A program made the translations under genes and the position numbers. This document shows, piece by piece, positions 1 to 8,052 of a stretch of DNA of 64,000 nt. Below the pieces are notes generated by a model. That model did not search any database and was not told the origin of the DNA. It saw nothing but the letters and a program-made list of their open reading frames with translations. The stretch is from Alphaproteobacteria bacterium (lineage in GTDB: Bacteria; Pseudomonadota; Alphaproteobacteria; UBA7985): the NCBI GenBank assembly GCA_965661545.1, contig CBFIEF010000006.1, positions 17,522 through 81,521 of the forward strand, given 5' to 3'. The first letter of the stretch is position 1. Each line of letters begins with the position of its first letter.

Positions 1-53
1 CTGCCCAACTCGGCAACCTTGATGAAGTATGAAATGGCGCGGAGTTGATCCAT
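1..53 (-). CDS. LysR-family transcriptional regulator, N-terminal part only (runs off left edge)
   Basis: Reverse strand from ATG at 53 reads MDQLRAISYFIKVAELG, a typical LysR HTH start; GGGAG RBS upstream; divergent from the reductase gene; not in the ORF track. Confidence 0.85.
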   Translation of the reverse strand, partial: MDQLRAISYFIKVAELG

Positions 54-80
54 GCCCGTACTCCCAGCGGTGGATTATTG

Positions 81-95
81 TTGTTGAAAAGACAA
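81..95. promoter_or_regulatory. Putative LysR binding site (T-N11-A)
   Basis: TTGT-N7-ACAA dyad in the AT-rich divergent intergenic region between the LysR gene and the reductase. Confidence 0.55.
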
Positions 96-182
96 TTTTG
101 AATGCCAGTACTGTCGGTTTTCTTAGCTTTGTCATTCTATATATTTGCAAAATATCAATAATACAGCCTTTTGGAGCCGACA

Positions 183-1157
183 ATGAAGGTCATTGAATAC
201 AACGCTATTGGTAACCCTGCCGACGTTCTTGAAATCAAAGACGTTCCGTCGGTTGCCCCCGGTGAGGGGCAGGTTCGGGTCAAGGTGCTGGCAACCCCGA
301 TTCACCCGTCGAACCTGCTGCAGATCAGCGGCAATTACGGCACCATGCCAACCTTCCCCGCGCACCCGGGCGCTGAGGGTGTGGGGCAGGTTGTTGAGGT
401 TGGTGCCGGCGTAAGCCACTTGCAGGCTGGGCAGCATGTTTTGCTATCCGGTGTTGGTGGCACGTGGCGCGAAGAGATCACCGGTCCGGCTCAAGCCTTC
501 ATCCCCGTTCCCGCTGGTGATATCGAGCAAATGTCGATGACGGTCATCAACCCGCTGACGGCGCACTTACTGTTGAAGTCTGTGCAGGACTTGAACGAAG
601 GCGATTGGATTATCCAAAGCGCGGCCAATTCCGCCGTGGGTGAGTACCTGATCCAGCTTGCCGCACAACGGGGCATAAAGACCATTAACGTTGTTCGACG
701 AGAGAGCTTGGCCCCGCGCCTCAAATCATTAGGGGCAGACGTGGTTCTGGTCGACGGTCCCGATTTGGCTGAGCGGGCGAAAGCGGCGACCCAAGGCGCG
801 GATATCGTCTTCGCCATTGATGCGGTTGGGGGCGATGTCTTCACGCGCATGGTTCAAAGCCTCAGCTATGGCTCCAAAATTGCCTGTTACGGCGTGCTCG
901 CCATGCAGATGCCAACGTTGGATCTGATGGCGGTGATCTTCAACAATATTGCGGTGAAAGGCTTCTGGCTGGCGAAGTGGTTTGAAACCGGCTCACCTGA
1001 AGAAAAGCAGGCGGCCTTTGGTGAGATCATCCCGCTCATTGCCGGTGGCAAGCTGTCGTCTGCGGTTGATTCTCGTTTCACGCTGGATGAGATCAAGCAG
1101 GCTGTGACACGCGCTGGTGAATCAAACAGAGACGGCAAAGTTCTGCTGACCCCTTAG
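183..1157 (+). CDS. MDR-family NADPH oxidoreductase, 2-enoyl thioester reductase (ETR)-like
   Basis: PIHPSNLL, GAEGVG, INPLTA, QSAANSAVG and C-terminal GKVLL motifs; no catalytic Zn cysteines; ATG 183 follows GGAG. Confidence 0.85.
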   Translation: MKVIEYNAIGNPADVLEIKDVPSVAPGEGQVRVKVLATPIHPSNLLQISGNYGTMPTFPAHPGAEGVGQVVEVGAGVSHLQAGQHVLLSGVGGTWREEITGPAQAFIPVPAGDIEQMSMTVINPLTAHLLLKSVQDLNEGDWIIQSAANSAVGEYLIQLAAQRGIKTINVVRRESLAPRLKSLGADVVLVDGPDLAERAKAATQGADIVFAIDAVGGDVFTRMVQSLSYGSKIACYGVLAMQMPTLDLMAVIFNNIAVKGFWLAKWFETGSPEEKQAAFGEIIPLIAGGKLSSAVDSRFTLDEIKQAVTRAGESNRDGKVLLTP

Positions 1158-1190
1158 GTCGCCTTGAGCTCTGCTGCTCGAATAGAAATG

Positions 1191-1238
1191 AGAAACGGGG
1201 CGCAGGCTAAAAAAGCCTACGCCCCGTTTCTGCTTTTT
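1191..1238. terminator. Probable bidirectional intrinsic terminator
   Basis: AGAAACGGGGCG...CGCCCCGTTTCT stem with inner AGGCT/AGCCT, between convergent genes, T-rich tail. Confidence 0.75.
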
Positions 1239-1280
1239 CACGATACAGGAGACTGCATCGGGGGTTGTTCGTGGTCTCGA

Positions 1281-2354
1281 TCAGCGCGCGGAGATGAGCA
1301 TTTCATTGGCGTAAACACAGCAGTTTTCGGCCTTGAAGGTCATAAACATCTCACCAGTCGCAATGGGTTGATTACGGTCAACCTTCACCTTGGTGAGCTG
1401 CCCCGATGAACGCCCAACGACAAGCTTGTAGTTCCCAAAATCATCGACCCGATCGACGTGGAAAGGCAGGCAGTTTTCATCGCTCTTTGGGCTATCCTGC
1501 AGCAAGATATGTTCCGCTCGGATGCCCAGCTTCAGGGCTTCACTGGCAGCCCCTTGCAGGCTCGCTTCGACATTGATGGCGCTGCCGGCAACGTCCAATT
1601 GGTGATTCTGCTTCACAGTCGCCGGGAACACGTTCATGGCCGGCGCACCAATGAAGTAGCCGACAAACGTCGTGCTGGGCCGGTCAAACAACTCGCCCGG
1701 CGTCCCCATCTGAACGATGCGACCCTTGTCCATCACCATGATTTGCTCAGCAAAGGTCATGGCTTCGTTTTGGTCATGAGTCACGTAGATCAGCGTCGTC
1801 CGGTATTGCTCATTGATTTCTTTGAGTTTGCGGCGCAGGCGGAACTTTAGATCTGGGTCAATCACGGTCAACGGCTCGTCCATCAGGACCGCCGCCACGT
1901 CATCGCGGACCAAGCCGCGGCCCAGAGAAATCAACTGTTTCTGATCTGCGGTTAGCTTGTTGGCTTTTCGGTCCAACAGGTGTGTCAGGCTGAGCGTGTT
2001 CGCGACTTCTTCGACTTTGGTCTTGATTTGGTCCGAGGGTACATTCCGGCACACCAGCGGAAACGCCAGATTATCCCAAACCCGCATGGTCCCGTAAATC
2101 ACCGGGAACTGAAACACTTGTGCGATGTTCCGGTCGGCAGTTTGAAGATTGGTGATGTCATTGCCGTCAAACAGGATACGACCCTGCGTGGGCTTGATGA
2201 TGCCCGACATGATGTTGAGCATGGTGGTCTTGCCACAGCCCGATGGACCGAGAATGGCGTAGCGGCCACCGTCATTCCAAGTCAGGTCAAATTTCTCCAG
2301 CGCTTCGACGTTGCCGTAGCTGTGCTGGACGCCTTCGAGGTCGATACGTGCCAT
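1281..2354 (-). CDS. ABC transporter ATP-binding subunit (CUT1, GlpT-like)
   Basis: Walker A GPSGCGKT, AQVFQFP, degenerate signature LTADQKQ, Walker B LMDEP, YVTHDQ. Confidence 0.9.
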   Translation of the reverse strand: MARIDLEGVQHSYGNVEALEKFDLTWNDGGRYAILGPSGCGKTTMLNIMSGIIKPTQGRILFDGNDITNLQTADRNIAQVFQFPVIYGTMRVWDNLAFPLVCRNVPSDQIKTKVEEVANTLSLTHLLDRKANKLTADQKQLISLGRGLVRDDVAAVLMDEPLTVIDPDLKFRLRRKLKEINEQYRTTLIYVTHDQNEAMTFAEQIMVMDKGRIVQMGTPGELFDRPSTTFVGYFIGAPAMNVFPATVKQNHQLDVAGSAINVEASLQGAASEALKLGIRAEHILLQDSPKSDENCLPFHVDRVDDFGNYKLVVGRSSGQLTKVKVDRNQPIATGEMFMTFKAENCCVYANEMLISAR

Positions 2355-3430
2355 CAGTCTTTGCTCCCAAATGGTGACTTCACCAACGTCTCATCAGTGC
2401 CAAAAATGTAGAGCCAGTCGGTGTTAATTTTCACCGGGACCACCTCGTTCATTTTCAGGTCCACAACGCCTTCGACGCGCGCAATCATCCCGGTTTCGCC
2501 GCGGCGCAAGTGGATGATGGTCTCGGAACCAGCGATCTCGGACAGTTCAACGACGAATTCCAAGCCCCCGGCTTCGATGCGAATGTCGTTCGAGCGAAAG
2601 CCGACAATGCAGGCGCCTTCGTTCACGCCGCTGGTGTCAGCAGGCGCGGGCAGGTCGATACCCTCGGCAATATGGAATTGACCGCCAGTGAACGTCGCAG
2701 GCCACAGGTTCATGCTCGGGTCGTTGGTGATTTCAGCGACGCGGCACGTTGCCGGATGCTCAAACACGTCAACGGCAGGGCCTTGCTGAATGATGCGGCC
2801 CTCATCCATCACCAGTAGCGTGCCGCCAAACTGCATAGCCTCCAGCGGATCGGTAGTGGAATAGACGACGATGCCGTCCTTGTTAAACTCTGAATCGATC
2901 AGATCTTTGAGCTCTTCCCGCAGCTGCTCGCGCAGCTTGTAATCGAGGTTCACCAGCGGTTCGTCGAGCAGCAGGATCTTTGACGCTTTTGCCAGCGACC
3001 GTGCCAGCGCCACGCGCTGTTGTTGACCGCCAGAGAGCTCTTGGATCTTCCGCAGCTCAAAGCCTTCGAGGCCCACCTGCTCAATCGAGCGAGCCACACG
3101 CTTCTGAATCTCGTCCTTGGAGAGACCCTTCTTACGCAGCGGGAAGGCGATGTTGTTGAAGACGTTGAAGTGCGGGTAGTTAATGAACTGCTGATAGACC
3201 ATCGCTACGTTGCGCTGCCAGACGGGGACTTTGGTAAAGTCCTCGCCCGAACTGCTAAGCGCGCCACTGTCGAACTCCGTCAGACCCGCGATGGACTTCA
3301 ACAGGGTGGTTTTCCCCGCCAATGTCCGCCCAAGGATCGTGTAAAGCCCGCCGGGCGCCATCTCGAAAGAGACATCAGAGAGGTGGGTTTCCCCGCCGAC
3401 TTCGAGTGAAATTTTGTCACCTACCAACAT
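2354..3430 (-). CDS. ABC transporter ATP-binding subunit (CUT1, GlpS-like)
   Basis: GRTLAGKT, AMVYQQFINYP, LSGGQQQR, LLLDEP; H-loop replaced (YSTTDP). Confidence 0.9.
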   Translation of the reverse strand: MLVGDKISLEVGGETHLSDVSFEMAPGGLYTILGRTLAGKTTLLKSIAGLTEFDSGALSSSGEDFTKVPVWQRNVAMVYQQFINYPHFNVFNNIAFPLRKKGLSKDEIQKRVARSIEQVGLEGFELRKIQELSGGQQQRVALARSLAKASKILLLDEPLVNLDYKLREQLREELKDLIDSEFNKDGIVVYSTTDPLEAMQFGGTLLVMDEGRIIQQGPAVDVFEHPATCRVAEITNDPSMNLWPATFTGGQFHIAEGIDLPAPADTSGVNEGACIVGFRSNDIRIEAGGLEFVVELSEIAGSETIIHLRRGETGMIARVEGVVDLKMNEVVPVKINTDWLYIFGTDETLVKSPFGSKD

Positions 3431-3434
3431 GATC

Positions 3435-4283
3435 TTACTTCAACGCTCCGGACAGGTTGCCCTTGGAGAGGAAGCGCTCAACGACGAATGCGACAAGCAG
3501 CAGCGGGGCCACAGAAATCAAAGCTGCGGCTGACAGGCTCCACCAAGGGGTAATTGAGGAATTCAACGCAACGATCCGAACCGGCAGTAACTGCACCTCG
3601 GTAAACGTCAGGATGAAGGAGAAAAAGAAGTCGGTCCAACCAAAGATCAGACAGAACATGGTCGCCACAACCAACCCCGGAATGGAGTTCGGCAGCACGA
3701 CCTGGAAGAACGCTTGGAACGGGTTGCAGCCGTCAATCAGCGCAGTTTCGTCCAGCTCGCGTGGCACCTTGTTAAAGAAGTCCACCATGATCCAAACCGC
3801 AATCGGCATCAGCAGGACGATGTAGACCGTCACCAGCCCGGCAATCGTATCCAGCAGGCCGAACTTGCTCAGCATGATGAAAAACGGGATCGACAGCACC
3901 ACCGGCGGCATGATCCGCTGGGAGATAAAGAAGAACGTGATGTCGTTGTTCTTCACGAACCCAAATTTGAAGGTGTAGCGCGACAAAGCGTAGGCCGCGA
4001 GCGTGCCCAGGGCGATCGAGATGGCACTTGCCAGCGTGGTCACCATCAGGCTGTTCATAAACGGCTCTGCAATATCGACCCCACCGCGCGCCGGGGTCCG
4101 CCACAGGACATTCCAGCCCTCTAGCGTTGGTTTGAACTGCAGCCACGGGATGTACTTTGCCCCAGAAGTGACCGAGGAAAAGTCCTTGAACGACGTACTC
4201 AGCGCCCACAAAAACGGACCGACAACAAAGGCCGTCCAGAGCGCAATCGCGAGATACTTCAGAGTGATATAGAAAGATCGCAT
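3435..4283 (-). CDS. Carbohydrate ABC transporter permease (MalG-like)
   Basis: Multiple TM segments; EAA loop ELDETALIDGC. Confidence 0.9.
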   Translation of the reverse strand: MRSFYITLKYLAIALWTAFVVGPFLWALSTSFKDFSSVTSGAKYIPWLQFKPTLEGWNVLWRTPARGGVDIAEPFMNSLMVTTLASAISIALGTLAAYALSRYTFKFGFVKNNDITFFFISQRIMPPVVLSIPFFIMLSKFGLLDTIAGLVTVYIVLLMPIAVWIMVDFFNKVPRELDETALIDGCNPFQAFFQVVLPNSIPGLVVATMFCLIFGWTDFFFSFILTFTEVQLLPVRIVALNSSITPWWSLSAAALISVAPLLLVAFVVERFLSKGNLSGALK

Positions 4284-5152
4284 CAGTCGTTTCTCCCAAT
4301 AAACACGCGGATCAGAATGTTAACGATGACCGTCAGGCTGAGGATCATCACGATCAGATAGGTGAAGGACATGGCGGCGGAGTAGCCCATCTGGAACTCC
4401 CGCAGGCCTTTGATAAAGATGTAGAAACTGGTCGTTTCCGTGGATGTCCCCGGCCCGCCCGAGGTGAGAACGTAAATCGTATCCATGATCTTCGAGGCTT
4501 CGATCAATCGGATGATAATCGCGCCAATCGAAATCGGTGCCATGAGCGGGAAAGTCACGTAGATGAACTTGCGCAGCGGTCCCGCGCCATCGATTGAGGC
4601 GGCGAGGAAGGCTTCCTTGGGCAAGGAAAGCAGGCCTGCGAGCAGCAGCAAGAACATGAACGGCGTCCACTGCCAGACCTCAACAATGATCACTGTGACC
4701 TTGGAGAGCATCGGATCGCTCAGCCATAGCGGTGTGAGGCCAAACATGGACAGGAAATCGTTAACTGGCCCCAGTGACTCGTGAAACACGGTCTTCCAGA
4801 TCACCGTCATGATGACGGGTGTGGTCATCATGGGAATGAGAAACAGGACGCGGAAGAAACGCTTAAACAGCACATCGCGCCATACCAGCAGCGCCAATCC
4901 AAAACCGAGGATGTACTGCAGGAAAACGGTCGTTAAAGAGAAAAAGGCCAAGCGGGAAAAGGCTTCCCAGAACCGGGGGTCGCTGGTGAACAGACGGACG
5001 TAGTTCTTGATGCCAACAAAATCCAAGCCCGGATTGTAGCTGTTCCAACCGGACAAACTCAGTCGGACCGTAAAGATCACCGGGAAAATCAGAATGGCGA
5101 TCAGGACCAAGAGACCAGGCAGAAGAAACACATATTTATGGCCGTAGCGCAT
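4283..5152 (-). CDS. Carbohydrate ABC transporter permease (MalF-like)
   Basis: FVGIKNY, VWQWTPF, AASIDGA, TSGGPG motifs. Confidence 0.9.
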   Translation of the reverse strand: MRYGHKYVFLLPGLLVLIAILIFPVIFTVRLSLSGWNSYNPGLDFVGIKNYVRLFTSDPRFWEAFSRLAFFSLTTVFLQYILGFGLALLVWRDVLFKRFFRVLFLIPMMTTPVIMTVIWKTVFHESLGPVNDFLSMFGLTPLWLSDPMLSKVTVIIVEVWQWTPFMFLLLLAGLLSLPKEAFLAASIDGAGPLRKFIYVTFPLMAPISIGAIIIRLIEASKIMDTIYVLTSGGPGTSTETTSFYIFIKGLREFQMGYSAAMSFTYLIVMILSLTVIVNILIRVFIGRND

Positions 5153-5176
5153 ACTTTGTCTCCGAAAGTAAAAGAG

Positions 5177-5207
5177 TGATGGCCACCCCTTGGGAAGGTG
5201 GCCATCA
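5177..5207 (-). terminator. Intercistronic hairpin after the binding-protein gene (partial terminator or mRNA stabiliser)
   Basis: TGATGGCCACC-N9-GGTGGCCATCA followed on the minus strand by CTCTTTT. Confidence 0.65.
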
Positions 5208-5222
5208 TCAGAGGTCAGGAAA

Positions 5223-6761
5223 TCAACGGAGGTTGTCTTCCAGGGCTACGCCAACGGCGTATGCTTCGCGAACGTTGTCGACACCGACACGCTCGATAAT
5301 CGCTTCCCACTCAGCCGCAACTTCATCGAGTGCTTCCTGTGGAGAGAGCTGGCCAGCCAGAGCTTTGGAGGTTCCGGTTGCAACTGCGCTTGTGAACTCA
5401 AAGACGCCTGGTACACGCAGTGGGAACACACGGTTTGTGCTCTTTTCTTCCATGTCCATGAGGGTCTCTGTGTACTCTTCTGCGATCTGCTGATCCCAAC
5501 CCTGACGCTCAACGTAGATGTCTGGCACAAAGTCAGACTTCTTGAACGGGTTCACACCGAAACGACCAATGGCAATGTCTGCCTGGTGGTTCGCATCGTT
5601 GGAGAAGAAGCAAAGGTAGTCAAAGGCCAACTCGTGGTTCTTGGACTTCTTCGCAACAGCCGCTGCCCAGCCCCATACGATGTACGGTGCCTGGTTGTAG
5701 GTCTCGTCCCATGCGCCGGTTTCCCGGTTCCAGACACGATCTGCGCCCGGCAGAGGAGCAACACCAACCTTGTTCTTAATGGCGCTGCCGTCTTCCATGG
5801 CAGCAACGAAAGCATCATCCCAAGAGAAGCTGAACAGTGCTTGTCCGCCGCCGAAGGAGTTAATTTCGTCACCAAGGCTAAAGTTAATGCCACCCGGTGG
5901 CACGTAGTTTACGGCCTCAACCCAATCGGTCAGCGCCTCAACAAAACCAGGGCTGTTGATCAGCGGGGTCATGGTATCGAGGTCGAAGAAGAAGCCACCC
6001 GGCGTTGCTGGGTTCTTGGCGTAGGCAACCGAACGGCTAAAGAATGCCGCGTACATCAGGTCGTCTTTCTTCATGACTTCTGCAGAGCCGTATTCCAGCT
6101 CGCCATCGCCATCCCAGTCCCAGCCATTAAAGTACGCTGCGATTTCGGCGTACTCTTTCCACGTCTGTGGAACGCGCAACTCATTGCCTGTTTCAGCCAA
6201 GTACTTGGCCTGAAGCTCGGGGTTGTCGATCACGTCTTTGCGGTACTTGAGGTAATGACGGTCGCCATCGATCGGGAACTGCATCATCGTACCGTCCCAA
6301 GACGCCACATCGATGTGTGACTTGGTCACGTCCTGCATCTGACGCATGTTGACGTAGTACTCGGGCACGGGCTCGAGGTAGGCCATCCAGTCGCGGATGA
6401 AGTTCGAGAAACCGAAGACGATGTCGTACGGCGCTTGACCGGCTTGGAAAGGGATCATCGCCTTGGAGTACAAGTCACCCGCCGGGGTGTGAATGACGTT
6501 AACCTCTGCGCCCGTCAGCGCTGAAAATTGCTCAGCGTGCAGTGCCGTTGGCTCACCCATTACTGGAACAGCGTGGGTGTTGATCGTCAGAGTTTGGCCA
6601 CTGTAGTCCTTTTGGGACATGGACTCATAGGAACACTCACCAGCAATATCGCCAGTGTTCTTAATGTGCGGGAACTGATCGCTCCACTTGTCACCAGCCG
6701 CGATACCAGCGGCGGTGACGCCAACCAACATGCTTGTGACTGCTAAGGTAATTCTCTTCAT
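5223..6761 (-). CDS. Extracellular solute-binding protein (CUT1 / SBP family 1)
   Basis: Signal peptide, YRKD, PQTWKEY, C-terminal SPQEALDEVAAEW; lies in ABC operon. Confidence 0.9.
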   Translation of the reverse strand: MKRITLAVTSMLVGVTAAGIAAGDKWSDQFPHIKNTGDIAGECSYESMSQKDYSGQTLTINTHAVPVMGEPTALHAEQFSALTGAEVNVIHTPAGDLYSKAMIPFQAGQAPYDIVFGFSNFIRDWMAYLEPVPEYYVNMRQMQDVTKSHIDVASWDGTMMQFPIDGDRHYLKYRKDVIDNPELQAKYLAETGNELRVPQTWKEYAEIAAYFNGWDWDGDGELEYGSAEVMKKDDLMYAAFFSRSVAYAKNPATPGGFFFDLDTMTPLINSPGFVEALTDWVEAVNYVPPGGINFSLGDEINSFGGGQALFSFSWDDAFVAAMEDGSAIKNKVGVAPLPGADRVWNRETGAWDETYNQAPYIVWGWAAAVAKKSKNHELAFDYLCFFSNDANHQADIAIGRFGVNPFKKSDFVPDIYVERQGWDQQIAEEYTETLMDMEEKSTNRVFPLRVPGVFEFTSAVATGTSKALAGQLSPQEALDEVAAEWEAIIERVGVDNVREAYAVGVALEDNLR

Positions 6762-6798
6762 TTTTACCTCCCAATAAAAAGAGAAAGTGTTTCAGTGC

Positions 6799-7860
6799 TT
6801 AAGGCACCAAAACGGCTCGACCCTTGACGTTGCCGTCGTTGAGGTCGTGCAGGGCTTTATTCGCTTCAGAGAGTTTGTATTCGGACATGGAGAGCTTCAC
6901 GCGCCCTCTATTGGCCAACTCCATTAACTCATAGAGCTCTGCCCAAGTTCCCACCAAGTTGCCGACGATCGTCTTTTCAGAGCTCACCAAATCAACTGTA
7001 GGAATCTTGATATCTTCACCGTATCCAACGATGTAGTAGTGCCCGGCTGCAGCCGTCATGTTCAGACCCATGCTGGTTGAGCCATGCTCGCCCACAAAGT
7101 CGATGACAGCCTCTGCGCCCTTGCCACCGGTCAAAGACAGGATGGCTTCATGTTCGTTGCCATCGATCAGCACGCCGTGATCCGCGCCGAGGTCCATGGC
7201 GTGAGTGAGTGCGTTAATCGATTTTTCCACCACGATGATATCTGCGGCACACATGGCCTTCAGACACTGGATTCCGATGTGGCCCAGTCCACCAGCACCG
7301 ATGATCACACAGGCTTGGCCCGGCAGCAGATGACGGCTCGCCTTCTTCACCACGCGATACGCCGTCAGGCCCGCGTCTGAGAACGGTGCAACGTCTTTTG
7401 GTGCGAGGACGGATGGCAGTTTGATCAGGTTACGGACGCTGGTTTTCAGATATTCCGCGTAACCGCCTTCCTTGATGTTCAAGCCGGGGAATGCGCCGTC
7501 TTCCGCTTGCATGTCGTGACCTCGGCGACAGGACAGACAAGTCCCATCCGTGCCTGAAATCAGCGGGTGCAAGATCACAGGGTCGCCTACTTTGAAATTT
7601 GTCACGTCGGAACCGATTTCTTCGACCCAACCAGCATTTTCATGCCCCATGACGCACGGCAAAAGCGTGTTGTCAGGGTCTTGGATATGCCGCCACACCC
7701 CTTCGATGATGTGCAGATCGGTGCGGCAAACGCCTGCTGCGCCAATTTTCACGATCACGTCCGAAGATTTCACAATCTTCGGCTCGGGAAGATCCGCTTC
7801 TTGGACCCACAGGTCCTTCTGCATGGACGGATCGTATTCGTATAGAACCTGAGCTTTCAC
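6799..7860 (-). CDS. NAD(P)-dependent Zn alcohol dehydrogenase
   Basis: GVCRTDLH, GHENAG, DAGLTAY, GAGGLG Rossmann motif, GRAVLVP; GTG start after GAGGA. Confidence 0.92.
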   Translation of the reverse strand: MKAQVLYEYDPSMQKDLWVQEADLPEPKIVKSSDVIVKIGAAGVCRTDLHIIEGVWRHIQDPDNTLLPCVMGHENAGWVEEIGSDVTNFKVGDPVILHPLISGTDGTCLSCRRGHDMQAEDGAFPGLNIKEGGYAEYLKTSVRNLIKLPSVLAPKDVAPFSDAGLTAYRVVKKASRHLLPGQACVIIGAGGLGHIGIQCLKAMCAADIIVVEKSINALTHAMDLGADHGVLIDGNEHEAILSLTGGKGAEAVIDFVGEHGSTSMGLNMTAAAGHYYIVGYGEDIKIPTVDLVSSEKTIVGNLVGTWAELYELMELANRGRVKLSMSEYKLSEANKALHDLNDGNVKGRAVLVP

Positions 7861-7931
7861 GGCTTTCCTCCTCGAACAGTTCGTTGGGGGAGAAGGTCGG
7901 TGAGAGCGCTAGACTTTAATATCGTAATACG

Positions 7932-7980
7932 TGTCCAGTTTTCGGCCAGACTCGGCAAAATAGTGTTCAGTTATTGAACA
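7932..7980. promoter_or_regulatory. Two putative operator sites for the divergent GAF-Fis regulator
   Basis: Perfect TGTTCA-N5-TGAACA (7964-7980) and degenerate TGTCCA-N5-CGGCCA (7932-7948), 32 bp apart. Confidence 0.6.
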
Positions 7981-8052
7981 GAGCCATGGCTTTCGTGGAT
8001 AAGTGGACTACAATAAAAGTCATCATATCAAGCAGTAACGTTGGGGATGGAT

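Noticed and set aside
1281-3430. Degenerate signature and H-loop in the two ABC ATPases read as pseudogenisation
   Set aside because: Complementary degeneracy matches the GlpS/GlpT-type heterodimer and both frames are intact
5190-6320. 376-aa ORF antisense to the solute-binding protein
   Set aside because: Lies opposite a well-supported gene; no recognisable motifs
7861-8040. Sigma54 -24/-12 promoter for adh
   Set aside because: Best candidate TGGCCGAAAACTGGA lacks the -12 GC
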